From contig OZ241826.1 of NCBI GenBank assembly GCA_965202585.1, positions 26,474,001-26,538,000 on the forward strand: a stretch of 64,000 nt of DNA, read 5' to 3'. Positions 36,341-50,110 of this stretch are shown piece by piece. The translations under genes were made by a program, and so were the position numbers. Under the pieces are notes generated by a model. The model was not told where the DNA came from and made no database searches. It saw only the letters and a program-made list of their open reading frames with translations. Position 1 is the stretch's first letter. Each line of letters starts with the position of its first letter. This stretch comes from Thalia democratica (taxonomy: Eukaryota).

Positions 36341-37235
36341 TGACAAATGTAAAGACTAAATTTGGGAACAGTATAAATGTTAATTAAATGATGTTAAATG
36401 CAGAGTATTTAAGATGCAAGCATTTGAAAAACTTTGAAAAGAACTACATATGTTATTGACACAAAGTAGTGTGGTTTAACTGTTTTAGCTTGTAACAATG
36501 TATTAAGATGATAAATTCAAAACATCAAGCACCTTTAATTTCTATGCACACTTTAAGAAACACACAATAAGTTGTCTGTATTCAATGATTAATTCAATGA
36601 TAAGCGTTAAAAGTTTAAGTCTATTAGTAAATATTTAAAGTATACCAGTTAATAAGTAGTAATGGCAGTAACTGTGCATGAGAAAGCTTTGTACTTATTA
36701 GATTTCTAGATAATTACTTAACAATGAGACAAACTTAACTGTCATGGAAAACTTTAGCTTATGTAAGATGATGACAAGTAAAATGATATCCTGTAGTAGG
36801 AACAGTATAAAATTGAAGTTAAACAAATGTACAGTTACTACTCAAATCAAAATAATCTAAACTGTTTAGTCTAATCTCAAGCATTTATATAATATTGAAA
36901 AATTTAAGATTTATACTGTGTTGAAAAGGTTACTAATTAAAATCAATTTACATAAGCAAGTTAAATGACTGTTGTTTAAACATACACAGAATACAGTTCA
37001 ATCATATAAATAAATTTGTCAATGTACACATTTAGACTCATATTATTCTTTCTATTTTTATTTGGTACATTTTGTCATAAAAAAGTACACTTATCTATGA
37101 TATTGATGAACTGTTTTCTATGTATTTGTAAAACATTAGGTAATTAACTAGGATGATGTGATACCTGAAACTATATTCATTTGATTTCGGCTCTAAACCA
37201 TAACCATTAAATGTGATTTAAACAAAATACTTCTA

Positions 37236-37570
37236 TAAGGTACGCATTCTAAGAAGTACGCACCCGCATAAAGTACGAACTAGTTTTTTAATAACACATT
37301 TGCTGTTGCAATTAAATGTTTTCTTTATGGAGTACGCACCCGCATAAGATACGCACTAAATTTAAAAGGCCCGTCACCCATTTTGAAAAAATGGGGATTC
37401 CCCGAAAGTGAAAATTGGGGTGGGAATTTTTTGATGAAGATTATTTAAAATAATTTTTTTAAGGCATTTCGCCGGCTCCGCCGGCGAAAAATTTTTCACA
37501 TTTTTCCTTTTCACTTTTTCTCCACGGCCTTTTTTCTTGAAGGCCACCTTTTTCTGTCAAATGGACCGTG
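37236..37570. mobile_element. Copy-B paralog of the probable transposon terminus
   Basis: Five gtacgca-like motifs; ends atggaccGTG followed by the same agtagcgtaac flank. Confidence 0.4.
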
Positions 37571-37771
37571 AGTAGCGTAACTGCCAAACAAATGTACGTT
37601 TGTATATTTGTACGGTCTTTATCTGTTATCTTTTACTAACCTTGAGCTTATGTGATCTAACTTATTGATGTATAACCATTAAAGGCCTGACGGTAATATC
37701 GGTTGATAGTTTTTTAGTTATCGACTGAGTGGTTTTATATTGGTGAGTTTGATTAGTAAGTTTGAGGTAGC

Positions 37772-37875
37772 GGACAAGAATTAAAAAAAAACAAAGGGCT
37801 ACGGCCGGTCGATGACACGGTGCTTCGCACCTGTCATCTCCCGGCCTGCCCTTAGTTTTTTTTTAATTCTTGTCC
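37772..37875. repeat. Copy-B paralog of the long hairpin
   Basis: Same sequence with a 1-nt difference in a bulge. Confidence 0.9.
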
Positions 37876-37959
37876 TTTAGGCCCGGTTACTCTGCTGGTC
37901 GGCACCTTTTTTAGTTATGACTTGGATGTACGAGCAAATGTGCTAGTACATAAGTCATA

Positions 37960-40900
37960 ATTTTAACACATTTGTACCACATAATTGTATGTGGAATATT
38001 TATTTCACTCAGATAGAAACTAAGCTTTTTTTTATATACGTTTCCATTAATAAGTATTACGTCTTAACTTGTTTGAAAAAGGTTGGCTTCTATCAAAATA
38101 CTGTTTTTGTCCATAGTTTTTCGTTTAATTCTGTTAAGATTTTATATTAATTATTTACTTATTATTACGTCATAATACAATAGTATCATTAAGTATAATC
38201 TTATCTTAATTATTACTTACTTATCTTATTACTTAATTTAAGTTTTTCTATTAACTATAGTAGCAAATACATTATAAGTATTAGATAATACTTTAATCAA
38301 AGTGTTTAATTGAAACGGAACTTATATAATACAGACACAGCTAACACTAACTATTTATGCATGACAAGTATTTGATACCACTTAACTTAATTTTTGTTTA
38401 AGATCTTTTTTTTAGTTTTTCCTTTTAGTAACGTTTAGACTTAACGGTCAAAGTAGAGTAACTTTTATAGTTAAAAAAAAACTTTACTACTCTAGTTGTT
38501 TATCCATAATAAATATTAGATAGGATTTAATTAAACTATTACGTATAAATATGTTCGATAGTCAACCTCAATCATACAATTTTATAGGCACAACTATATA
38601 ATATTTATTTTTATCTTAAAACGAAGATCATCAGTTTAGTCTTAATTATCAAGTTAAAAACTCAATTTCTTGTTAATGATCCATTAGTACACCTTTTTTA
38701 TTTTTATTACAGCAGTGTTTAGTAAACAATCAACTACATACAATGATTTTATAATATTAAGTATACTTATATTAGAAGTGTATACAGACTGCAATAAAGT
38801 TTTAGTAATTTATCATTAGTTATCATCTTTTGTAAGTAGTATCCATACAATATTGTATGTAGGAGATTATGTAAATTCCTTATTTATTAGTTCACATTTT
38901 GTTGTACATAAAATTATTCTTTTTTTATAGTATTTTGATCTGGTGCAGCATTAATTATCAATTTGATTTTATAATTTCTTAATATTTTTAAAATAAACTA
39001 ATCTTAAAACTACAGTTATTTATTAGTATTTTATTATTAATTATCATTTTGTTGTGTTGGTTTGTATGGTTATTAACTTTATGTCTCAAGCAACGTGTAT
39101 TTAACTATAAATTTCAGAGATTAAAGTGTCTCTTTCAAGTATGCAAGAATTGAAAATCTAATGTACGTCCAGTTTAAAATCTTTATGATACCAATTGATT
39201 ATTAGTTTAAAGTGTAAATTTAGGTTATCTATTAGCTTTAAACGTTACATGTCACATTACTTTACGCTAACTAAACTCATTATGGCGAATTGATAAAGCT
39301 ATTACCAGCTCTATACTTATATAAATAAAATACCGTTATGACAAATAACTCTAACTTTGAGGTCTTTTGTTAGCAGTAATTTATGTTGAGACATTTTTTG
39401 GTGTGCAAGGTTCTGTATACCATACATAATGTTTGATATAAGCACAAAGTTGCTTTTAAATAGTATACTGTAATCGTCTCTTAATCAAACTAATTAATTG
39501 CTATAAATGATAATTTTCAGCCAAACGTCGTCTTTGCATTAATTAAATCTAACTAAAATACTGAAAAATGTATGAACAATATATATTTTTCATCTTGGTC
39601 TTTAAAACTGTATCATCAGTTAAGATTTAGCTATTAAACTAAAAACTAATCTTCGAATTACAGTCAGTTATTAGTGTTTTTTTATTAGTAATCATCTTGT
39701 TGCGCTAGTTTATATGACTATTTCTAGTTGTATGTCACAAACAATATATGTACTATTTAACTATAAATTAAAAGGATTAAACTGTTTCTTTCAAGTAATA
39801 ATTACAGTTCAAATATACATCCCACTTACAGGCTTTATGAGTTTAAAGTTATTGATTAGAGTTATTTTTTCAGCTGTAGTTTATATTGTGTCATTTAAGC
39901 TAAATTTTTGGTCTACAAGGTTATGTATAGCATACATTATGTTTGCTAATGTCTTATCTAAGCACAAACTTGCTGTTTAGTAATTTAAAAGAATTAAATC
40001 TCCCTAGTTTTTTAAAGCGCATCTATTTAAAATAAGTATTTTTTTGCTTAGCCATAACACTGTTCATATTTCAAATAACAAAGGCATTTTACCTATGTAA
40101 ATCTTTCAACTTAGATCATCAGTTTGGTTTTAATTGTCTAATTAAACAATCAATTAATAGCTAATTATCACTAATTTACACTTTTATTAACTTATTTTTC
40201 TACATTAACTTTGTTTACTTTATACTAATCACTTCGATAGATCAGTATTTCTTAAGTAAACAATTAAGTGTGCTTCAGTCTTAAACAATACCTTATCGCG
40301 CTTATGATAAATTTATATTATAATTACTTTCAATTTTTAATATTTAATCTTTAGTTTCATTCTTAATTAATCTAAATAATTAATCTTGTTGTGCTGCTTT
40401 ATATCGTTTTTTCCAGTTTTATGTTTTAAACAATAAACTGTCTTTATTAAATTAAATCGTTATGTATGACTTTATTTTACACTAATATAATGACTCTAAA
40501 CCAAATACTGACAAAGTTATAAAACTGTGCCGATTTAGTAAACATTTCAATTTTGAGGTCGTATTTTGTTTTTTTCAACTTTAGTTGTTTTCGGTGGTTT
40601 TTTAGTATAAGATTGTATACACATTAAGTTGTTTTCTGTCAACTAGTTTGAAAACTTCCTTAATTTGACATATTCTAAAGCTCGTCTACTTGATTTAAAT
40701 TTTTCCAAATATTTTTTTTACACTTCTTTTTTTGAAATCTATATATAAAGAAAGGTTAGAAAACGGTGAAGTGAATTTATTTGGTTTTAATTTATTTATG
40801 GGTCAACCTAAGTCTTACCAACTAAAAACGGATCATGTTTTAGTGATTGTTTCATTGTTATTACTGTAGAATTACTTGAAAGTTTGTTTAAAAAAAATTG

Positions 40901-42520
40901 GTTTATCATGAATTTGCTCTAAAGTTTGTTTATAAGTCTAATTCGTTATTATGTTCTGAATTAACTTTTTTCTTGATTAAACTCTACTTCGATAAATTTT
41001 GGTTTAAAAATGAGTTTTATATTATAAAGTTTGTTTTACTCATGGTTTAAATATATTTCTAGTTAACACTTCATTGTTTTGTTGATGTCACTGTAAAATA
41101 ACTTTACAATTTGAATACCAAGGTTTATTTAAAAACTGTTCCACGGGTTCTCTTTAGTTAATAATGTTTGTAAACAGTTTTAAGTGCAAGTTATTTTGCA
41201 TAAAAACTTTCAACCAAGTTCAAATTTCTCATAATAAACGTCTTGTTTGTCCACATAAATTTGTATGCATTATTAAAGTAACGAAATAACTTTTTTTTTA
41301 TCCGTTTAGTTTAGGTGTTTTAGTTGAAATTTATTTAGTCTCATTACACACTATTATTACGTCATCATATAGTCTCATCTTTAAATTTTAATAACATTTG
41401 CTTTAAAGTGTCAAGATGTATTGATGAAGAGCTTCTTTTAATGTTTTATCATTCAAGTTTTAGTATTTTCTTATTTATTGCATTGTTATTCGTATGTTAA
41501 TTATTACACTTATTTTTGTTTGTTATTCATGATCTGTAGAACTACTTGGTTGGTTTGATTTTGGATGCAATTAAACGTTAGGTTATTAGAAATATATGCA
41601 TGTGTTTATACTTAATTTAAGTGAAGCAGTTGTTTACGAATTTAATACCGTTTTCCTTTAATTTCACTTCATAACTACAAATAATCCTGCTTGGAACTAC
41701 CTTATCTACTTAGACTATTTACTCTACATCTAATTTTACTAAAAAAGTCTGCTTATTACCAATATAAAATTCAATTGAATCCTTAAATCTAGTTTTAAAA
41801 TGTCTGCAACATTCTTGCTTACCTTACAAATTATTCACTTTTAGTTTTAAATGAACCAACATTAAATAACCATTCAGCGTTCAATTGATAATGGTATTAT
41901 GGCAACTCTAGTTCGTAAACTTGCCCTACTTTTGTCAAAATTTACTTTATTCAATCATTTCAATTTAAATAAATATTGGTTTAGCATAAAGCTTTGAATT
42001 AATGTTCGTGATTAAATATACTTATTTTCAACAAGACTAAAATTAGATCCAAATTCATATTTTTAGTTGATATAACATTGTTCCGTTCGTATTACTGTGA
42101 TGTTAACCAAAACTTTCTTTAATTATGGTTTCTCTTTTATCAATCTAATATATACATCTATATATTTTGTTTTATTCTCCTATTATTTTCAGAACATACT
42201 GATTTTTAAATTAAAATTTGCTATTAGTATTTTATCATTAACTATCATCTTGTCGCGCTGGATTATATGACTAATTCCAGATCTGTTCTTTAAACAACAT
42301 TTAACTTTAACTTACAGATAATAGTTACAGCTCGAATATACTTCCGATATAAAAGCTTTGTGATTTTTTAGTCTTAGTTTCACGTCCTGTAAAACTTATT
42401 AGGTCTTCTACCGCCAAACATTATATGTGTCTCTAAATTTAAAAATTAACTTATGTTTTTATTATAATCAAGGCCAGTTCAAAAACCATTTTAATTTTGG
42501 AGTCTCGTTTAGTTATTGTA
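37960..42520 (+). repeat. Degenerate repeat family or ancient satellite (copy B)
   Basis: The same motifs occur at ~39045, 39690, 40380 and 42245, with ~650-690 bp spacing among the first three. Confidence 0.6.
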
Positions 42521-45100
42521 CTCATACATAATGGTCTTGTCTAAGTTGTATTTTTTGAAAATTTTTCAATAAAGTTGAAAAACATTAAAAGTAAGTACTA
42601 CATTTTGAGTCTTATGAAATCTAAACTGTTTAATTTAACAATGCCTCAATATTTCATACATATTTCCATAACTAAAACAGTTAACTAAATACTATGTTAT
42701 GATTTATTGCCCATCTTTTCTTAACTATTCTGATCATTTATGCTTCTTCTACTTATCACCAACATAAAACTCAATGGATTTAGGCAAATTAATTCTCGTT
42801 TCAAATGTTTGCGAGTTTTCCAAATGTAACTACTTCGTTGTAGCATTAATTGTATTCAATGTAGTTTTTTCTAATGTTATGTGATCGTTTTCCATTGGAT
42901 AAGTATTGACTTTAAGTTCAGCAAAACTCGGAATTAGTTCAAAAGTGTATTTTGCTAATGATTTATTACTTTCCTTTTAACAAAATTACATCATATTTTA
43001 GTAAATAATTCATTGATGTTGCTGTAGAACTATTTAAAATTGTAAAAACATGTTAGTATGGTTTCTTATGAAATTATTCTAATGTTTATTTATAAGTCTA
43101 ATTTGTTATTATGCTTCAAATTTCTTATTTCGTAAGTTAATTCTATTTTAATAAACTAAAGTTAGGTCCAGCTTTATATTTTTAGTTAACAATTCATTGT
43201 TTTTTGTTGTTTCAGTAAAACTATTTCAAGGTTTACTTAAAAATAAATCTATGTGTTCTTTTTAATTAATGTTATTTGTGTATAAGTCTATTTTGTTGTT
43301 ATATTATGCTTTTTTGTTTGTCTATTTAGTTATATTTCTTGCCGAATAAGTAAAGACTGAATATAATTATATATATTTATATTTTAAGTGTATTTTGTAT
43401 GTTTTGGAAAATAAAGGTAGGATAGTTATTTATTTATAAGTAAATAAAACTTTTGGATTAACTAAAATATATGTTTCAATCTAAACGAAATTATTGTTAG
43501 ATAAGTTAGATAAATCGTATTGTTAGATAGCTTATAATTTCTTATGTCTGTCAAGTTATTTTAATTTTTGTTCAACCTGAACTAATAGCGTTTGTTATTG
43601 AGAGTTAATGCTGTTTCGTATTTAATTCTATTAACAGCCCAAAACTAAGCAGAATTTTATTTTTAAAGTTAGGTTTAAACTAAAAGTAAAGCTTGATGTT
43701 TTATAGTATATATCCTTGGTGTTGTACTATGAATGATGCATTTTTATAGTAGACAACCTTGGTATTATTCTATAAGTAACACAGCAGTTTTGCATTGTAG
43801 TTTAGTATGTCAGTATCTATTGTAATTCAAGTAGTTAAACTATTTTATTGTATTTAATACTAAGTCTCATAAATAGTAATAAAATTTTTTTTTTGTATTT
43901 AATTATCTTGTAGACTGTTTGTTTATAAAAGTCAGTTAAAAGTTGCTCATGTCACTATTTTAATTTAATTTCAATTAGACATACTATGTGTTATTTGTTT
44001 TACTTAAAATTTATAAGCAACCACACGAATTTATTTGACAATAAAAGCAACGTTTAACGACTCAACAGTTTTAAATAGTTATTGTAATCAAACTTGTTAT
44101 AATTATTCTTTTGTAATCGACTTTAGACACTGTTTTTAGTACGATAATATGTCATTTAAGTAGCAAATGACAAGACACAATTTAATAACTAAAGTAACTG
44201 CTATTACAATTATATCGTCTATTTATAAAAGTTTAAGTACACCTATAAGTCTTGTTTTCGCGTAGACTATAAGTTAATTATGTCTCTATTTTAGTTTAAT
44301 TACAATTGAATCTTAACAATTGTTTAAGTAAGAAATCAGGTTTATTTTAATTTTATTTTCAATTCCTTATTTCTTATAAGCTTTAAATTTAAATTTAATG
44401 TTTATAAGTTTAATTTACTTTTATTATTTAAATTAAAATTGTAATGTAAGTAAACTTGTAAAGTGTCCGTTTTATTAAATATTAAATATAATTTACTTTT
44501 TTACCCAAATGTTGTTAATTGACGAAATGACGTAAAAATAAAATTATTTGATTTTAATGTTATTTATTCACTTTTTTTTACTAAAACACTATTAAATCAT
44601 TTTTTATCTTTCCAATAAACTGTTTAGATTCTATCTTTAAAATGAAGAAGTTTGCTAGTTATACATGACAATCAAAAAATTGTAAAAATCTGCTTAAGTT
44701 TTACTTTAAGTAATAATAATAATATAAACAAATTTACTTTACGTTTATCAAAGTTTAAACATTTAATTTATCATACTAGTTAATAATAAACTTATAACTT
44801 AATGAATAAATATTGTCTTGAAGTAACATCGTTTAATAAGATAACTGTCTTAAAATGTATAAAAAGCATCGAAGTTTGTTTAATGTTGTACTTATATACT
44901 ACTTTTTGATTCATCCATAGTACTGTGCTTACTCCAATAAAATGTTTTGGTTCTCATTGATAGTTACCAAAATTTTTGTTTTATTTTAGGCATAAGCGCT
45001 ACAAATTTATGAATAATAATAATAATATTATGAACTAAATAAGTTATATGCAATTAAATTATCATGCAAAATTATATAATCTCAAAAACGTATCATTTTG

Positions 45101-45175
45101 TGTAGAACAATAGTGTAGAGGTCAGTGCTCGCGCCCTTCAGTCCAGAGACCCGAGTTCGAGCCCTCGCTGCATTA
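45101..45175 (+). mobile_element. tRNA-derived SINE head (unit B)
   Basis: Paralog of 15843-15915. Confidence 0.62.
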
Positions 45176-46022
45176 CCATTTACCAACATAATTTCCTTGA
45201 TTTTAAACTTTCTTAGATGAGTTGTAGTTCTTATTTTTAATTAATGCATCAATTTCTATTCAAGTGTGTATTGATTTTAAGAGTGACTCACGAATTACCT
45301 TAGAATTGTTTTAAAATGCAGAAAAATATTAATTAAATTAAGATATATACTGGCGTATACTTATTTTTGTATACCCTTATCCCTTATCCCAGCTCACTTG
45401 AACATGGAACAAACGAAAAAATTATTTAATATTTAAAATTAGAAATAAAATGACAAAGTGTTTGAAAAATTATTTTTGACATAAGCAAACTACTAGCAGG
45501 TTTTTGAAGTTGACCTTTAATAGCTTTTATCAATAAATGAATACATTTGTGGAAAAATAAAATTTTAATAATAAAAGTTTATATTAACCTCTTGTAAGTT
45601 TAGTTTGTTTTAATACACCAACACCAGATTCATTACGGTTAAAGCATAGAATTCACATTAGTTTTCTTTAATTAATAAAAAATTTATTTGTAGCAACTCG
45701 ACAAAGCAAAATTTTTGCAACAAAATATTAAATATAATTAGAAATATGTAAAACTCAGTTAATGGAAAAGGAGAGTTGGTTGTAAGTTCACACTTTTAAG
45801 TTCTTATCTACTAAAGTGTTTGGAAATAAATTCGGAGTTTAAACAGTATATATTAACACAAAATGATTCTATAATGAGTTTAAAAAAGAATTTGTTTAAA
45901 CTGGAAAGATAAAAAACGCTAAACAAACTCTAAACCAATGGCTTATTCTATTTTGAAAAATGTTCTGCTTCTTTTAATTTTCAAGTTCAATTCTCAAAAC
46001 AATCAAATAAACATTTTCAAAG

Positions 46023-46080
46023 GGACAGACCGAATCAGACGCCCAACACCGCCGAGGGTTTCTACTTCAATTACCAATAA
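46023..46080 (+). pseudogene. Internally deleted remnant of the CUB terminal exon (unit B)
   Basis: Same deletion; retains 7 nt (gggtttctac region) that were further lost in unit A. Confidence 0.85.
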
Positions 46081-48754
46081 ATATACTTTGATGTTACTGA
46101 ATAAACTCGTTGAATAGATTTTATTTTTATTTTTTAAAGTAACAACGCTTGATTACTGTCAGTTTATTGTCTAACTCTGGACCTAGGCATTAAAATAAAA
46201 TTGTTACAAACCTTTAATAAGATAAATAACAAGTTCTGTGTTACATTTTAAAACTTGAAACAGTTTAATTATGCTTCTCATCAAACTTCTGGTTGTAAAA
46301 CAATACACCAATACAAAACCGTAATACTGTTGAAACTAAAAAAGAACATATAAACGTTTTCATGCTATTCAAGTATTTAGATGCTGAAATCGTCAATTTA
46401 TCTATCATTAACTTTTTTTAACTATAAGCTTTCATTAAGTATATTAAACAAAAGGTATTTTCTACGTTTTATTAACATGTACTACTCTATAAGTTCGTAA
46501 AGGTGATATATTAAGTAAAACAAACGTTTATTACATTTAAGTATAAAGAAAAGTTTTCTGAAAAAGATTTTGCTTTAAACTTTTAATGATACAAAATGTT
46601 AACAAAATTTAATTTCTAAACAGGTAAAACCGTTTATAAAAAAAGTTACTTTTCATCATAAAATAAAAGTTAGAAATAAGCTGTTATAAAAATTGTTAAA
46701 AAAAAACAAGGCAAAGTATAAAACTTTAAATTAGACTAGAAGCGAGCAAACTATGGGCCAACTGCTAATTTAGGGCCGTACTTACTTCAACTAATAAAGC
46801 TTTGGAAAAACAACTAAATCTTTTCAAATAAACTTATAGTTTGTAACTACATAAATAGCTAAAAGGAAAAAGTTTTTTTTTGCTAGTTCTACGACAAACC
46901 GATACAAATACCTATTTTAGATAAAATGTTATATATTTCTAGATAGGTACCAGTTTACGATTAACTTTGACTTTAAATATGCACACAATTAAAATTAAAT
47001 GCTACGGCTATAAGCTAAATAAAACTTCAAGTTTTATCAAGTCTTTACTACAAAAAGGAGTTAACTCAAAACAAAATTTAGTATTTTTTATTTATAATTA
47101 GTTTTATACTATCAGTAAAGACTGTTTTTTAAGATATAACTTTTTACAGATAATTTTTATAAAGTGTGTTGTGTTACATTTAGTTACATAAAAGTTCCAC
47201 AAGAAACAAGAAGTTAACAAATTCCTAACTAGTTATGAACAAAAAAAAATCTATTTATTATTAACTTAATCTATTTTTAAAGGTATACAACAAAAGTAAA
47301 GTTCACGGTAAACTTATGTCTAAATACAACAAGTTTTCAGGGGTAAAGAAGTTTACTATTTTTTTATCTCATAACTATCACTGATATTAACTTAAAACTG
47401 AGTTTTATTTATAGTTAAGTAAAGACTTTTCCTTTATAGTTTTACTGTTTAAAATATAAATACTTATATACTGTGGTGTACAACTCGATAACCGAAAGGT
47501 TCTTTTCTACACCACATCCTTATACCAAAATTTTTTAAGGGTTTTTCTTATCGTTCAATAAACAATATATATAACTCGAATTTAATATCAATAATAAATT
47601 TTATTTTTGAAAAAGATTAAAAAATTTATTGAATTAGAAAAAAAAAAGATGAGGTTTTGTGTTCGACTAAGATAAATATTGAAGGTTAGTTTAAAAAATG
47701 ATTAGATGTATTTCTTGTTACAACTTAAGTTACAACTTGGACTTTCGTTTCTAGTTATTGAAATGTTGTACATATCAAATTTTAGTACATAAATTGTATT
47801 ATAAAATAACTTAACATAACCTATCTGATTTAATACCCACAAAATGTTAGTTTTAAAATAATGGACTTTATTTTTGTTTTTAAATGGAAGTTTTAAAAAT
47901 AGTAAAAAAAACATTAATTTGTTAGGAGGTCTAAACTTTTAACCGTTTAAGCATTAATCAATACCTTGTGCTTTTACTTTGTTACTAGTATCTAATGTTC
48001 AGAAAAATCCACAAGTTGCGGTCCGCAACAAGGTACTTTTTTTAATTTATTTGTTCTAAATTTCACTTCAACTATACTTTTTTTTTTGACCTATAATATA
48101 AGTAGAAACTTTTCTGGTCGGCGGGCTAAACATATAGATATTATACTGCGTGAAGCGATAATTGTTGAAGACGACAGCAAAAATAATCTTTAAAGCAAAA
48201 GTAATTTTAAATGAACATTGAAGTAAGCACAACTTTGTACTAAAAATAAAGTTAATAGCATCTTCTTTGAAAAGATATAAAAAACTCAACTTTAGTTGCG
48301 TTTCTATTTATTACGTTTCTAGCCAGATGTTTTTGTTGGGTAGGTCGGACTCGCCCTCATATCTAGCCTATAATTATGTTTAAGCTATAAGTCTGACGGT
48401 TTTATTTTTAACAACTTTATCATAGAACAGAGATGGTCATACTTGCAGCACACGGCAAGCGACTAACTACTTGATTACTACAATTTGCACTGAGCAAGAA
48501 ACGATTTGAACAAAACTTTATAACCATGGCATGAAGTAATTTGGTAGTTAACTATAGGGGCTAATTTAAAAGTTATATTTCAATAGTTTTATAAAGCTAA
48601 GGCGGAAAGCTGTGTGAAGAAATCTGTCACAGCTGGTACTGTGCTTACTCGAATAAAATGTTTTGGTTCAATTTAATAATATTATGAACTAAATAAGTTA
48701 TATGCAATTAAATTATCATGCAAAATTATATAATCTTAAAAACGTATTATTTTG

Positions 48755-48828
48755 TGTGGAACAATAGTGTAGAGTTCAGTGCTCGCGCCCCTCAACCCAG
48801 GGACCCGAGTTCGAGCCCTCGCTACATT
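48755..48828 (+). mobile_element. tRNA-derived SINE head (unit B duplicate)
   Basis: Paralog of 19472-19545. Confidence 0.62.
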
Positions 48829-49685
48829 ACTTTTTACCAACATAATTTCCTTGATTTTAAACTTTTTTAGATTAGTTGTAGTTCTTATTTTTAATTGATG
48901 CACAAATTTCTTTTCAAGTGTGTATTGATTTTAAGAGTAACTCATAAACACTTTAATCTCAGAATTGTTTTAAAATGCCGAAAAATATTAATTAAATTAA
49001 GATATATACTGGCGTATACTTATTTTTGTATACCGTTATCCCTAACCCAGCTCACTTGAACATGGAACAAACAAAACAATTATTTAATATTTAAAATTAG
49101 AAATAAAATGACAAAGTGTTTGAAAAATTATTTTTGACATAAACAAACTAATAGCAGGTTTTTGAAGCTGACCTTTGATATCTTTTATCAATAAATGAAT
49201 ACAATTTTGTGGAAAAATAAAATTTTAATTATAAAAGTTTATATTAACCTCTTGTAAGTTTAGTTTATTTTAATACACCAACACCAGATTCATTACGGTT
49301 AAAGCATAGCATTTACATTAGTTTTCTTTAATTAATATAAAAATTACTTGTAGCAACTCGACAAAGCAAAATTTTTGCAACAAAATATTAAATATAATAG
49401 GAAATATGTAAAACTCAGTTAACGGAAAAGGAGAGTTGGTTGTAAGTTCACACTTTTAAGTTTTTATTTACAAAAGTGTTTGGAAATAAATTCGGAGTTA
49501 AAACAGTATATATTAACACAAAAGGATTCTATAATGAGTTTAAATAAGAATTTGTTTAAACTGGAAAGATTAAAAACGATAAATAAACTCTAAACCAATG
49601 GCTTATTCTATTTTGAAAAATTTTCTACTTTTTTTAACATCCAAGTATTTTAGAGATTAAAACAATCAAATAAACGTTTTCAAAG

Positions 49686-49844
49686 GTGTACGACGGACAA
49701 ACCGAATCGGACGCCCAACTGGCCAACATTTTCGACAACTACAACCAGAGGTACCACATTGAAGCGACCGGTAACTGGATGTACATCGTGTTCAGATCTG
49801 ACAGCGCCAACACCGCCAAGGGATTCTACTTCGATTACCAATAA
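49686..49844 (+). CDS. Terminal coding exon of a CUB-domain protein (unit B)
   Basis: Same peptide as 20403-20561 with one synonymous change (TCT/TCG). Confidence 0.85.
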   Translation: MYDGQTESDAQLANIFDNYNQRYHIEATGNWMYIVFRSDSANTAKGFYFDYQ

Positions 49845-50071
49845 ACATACTTTGATGTTACTGAATAAACTTGTTTGATGTATTATTTGTATTTGTATTT
49901 ATTCTAAGTAAATCTATAATGTTTTTATATGATAAATAAAAATTCCTTCACCATTATTGTTTTTTTTTTGGAGTAGTTTTCGGGTTTTGATCAAAAATAT
50001 GCTGTACTATCATGTTTCAGTACTACAATTTTGTACCGTTTCCTAATTAAAAAAGCCAATATTTATTTCGG

Positions 50072-50110
50072 TCATCTGATGAGTCCTAATAAGGACGAAA
50101 CTGGTCGTAG
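50072..50110 (+). ncRNA. Minimal type I hammerhead ribozyme motif (unit B)
   Basis: Identical to 20789-20827. Confidence 0.72.
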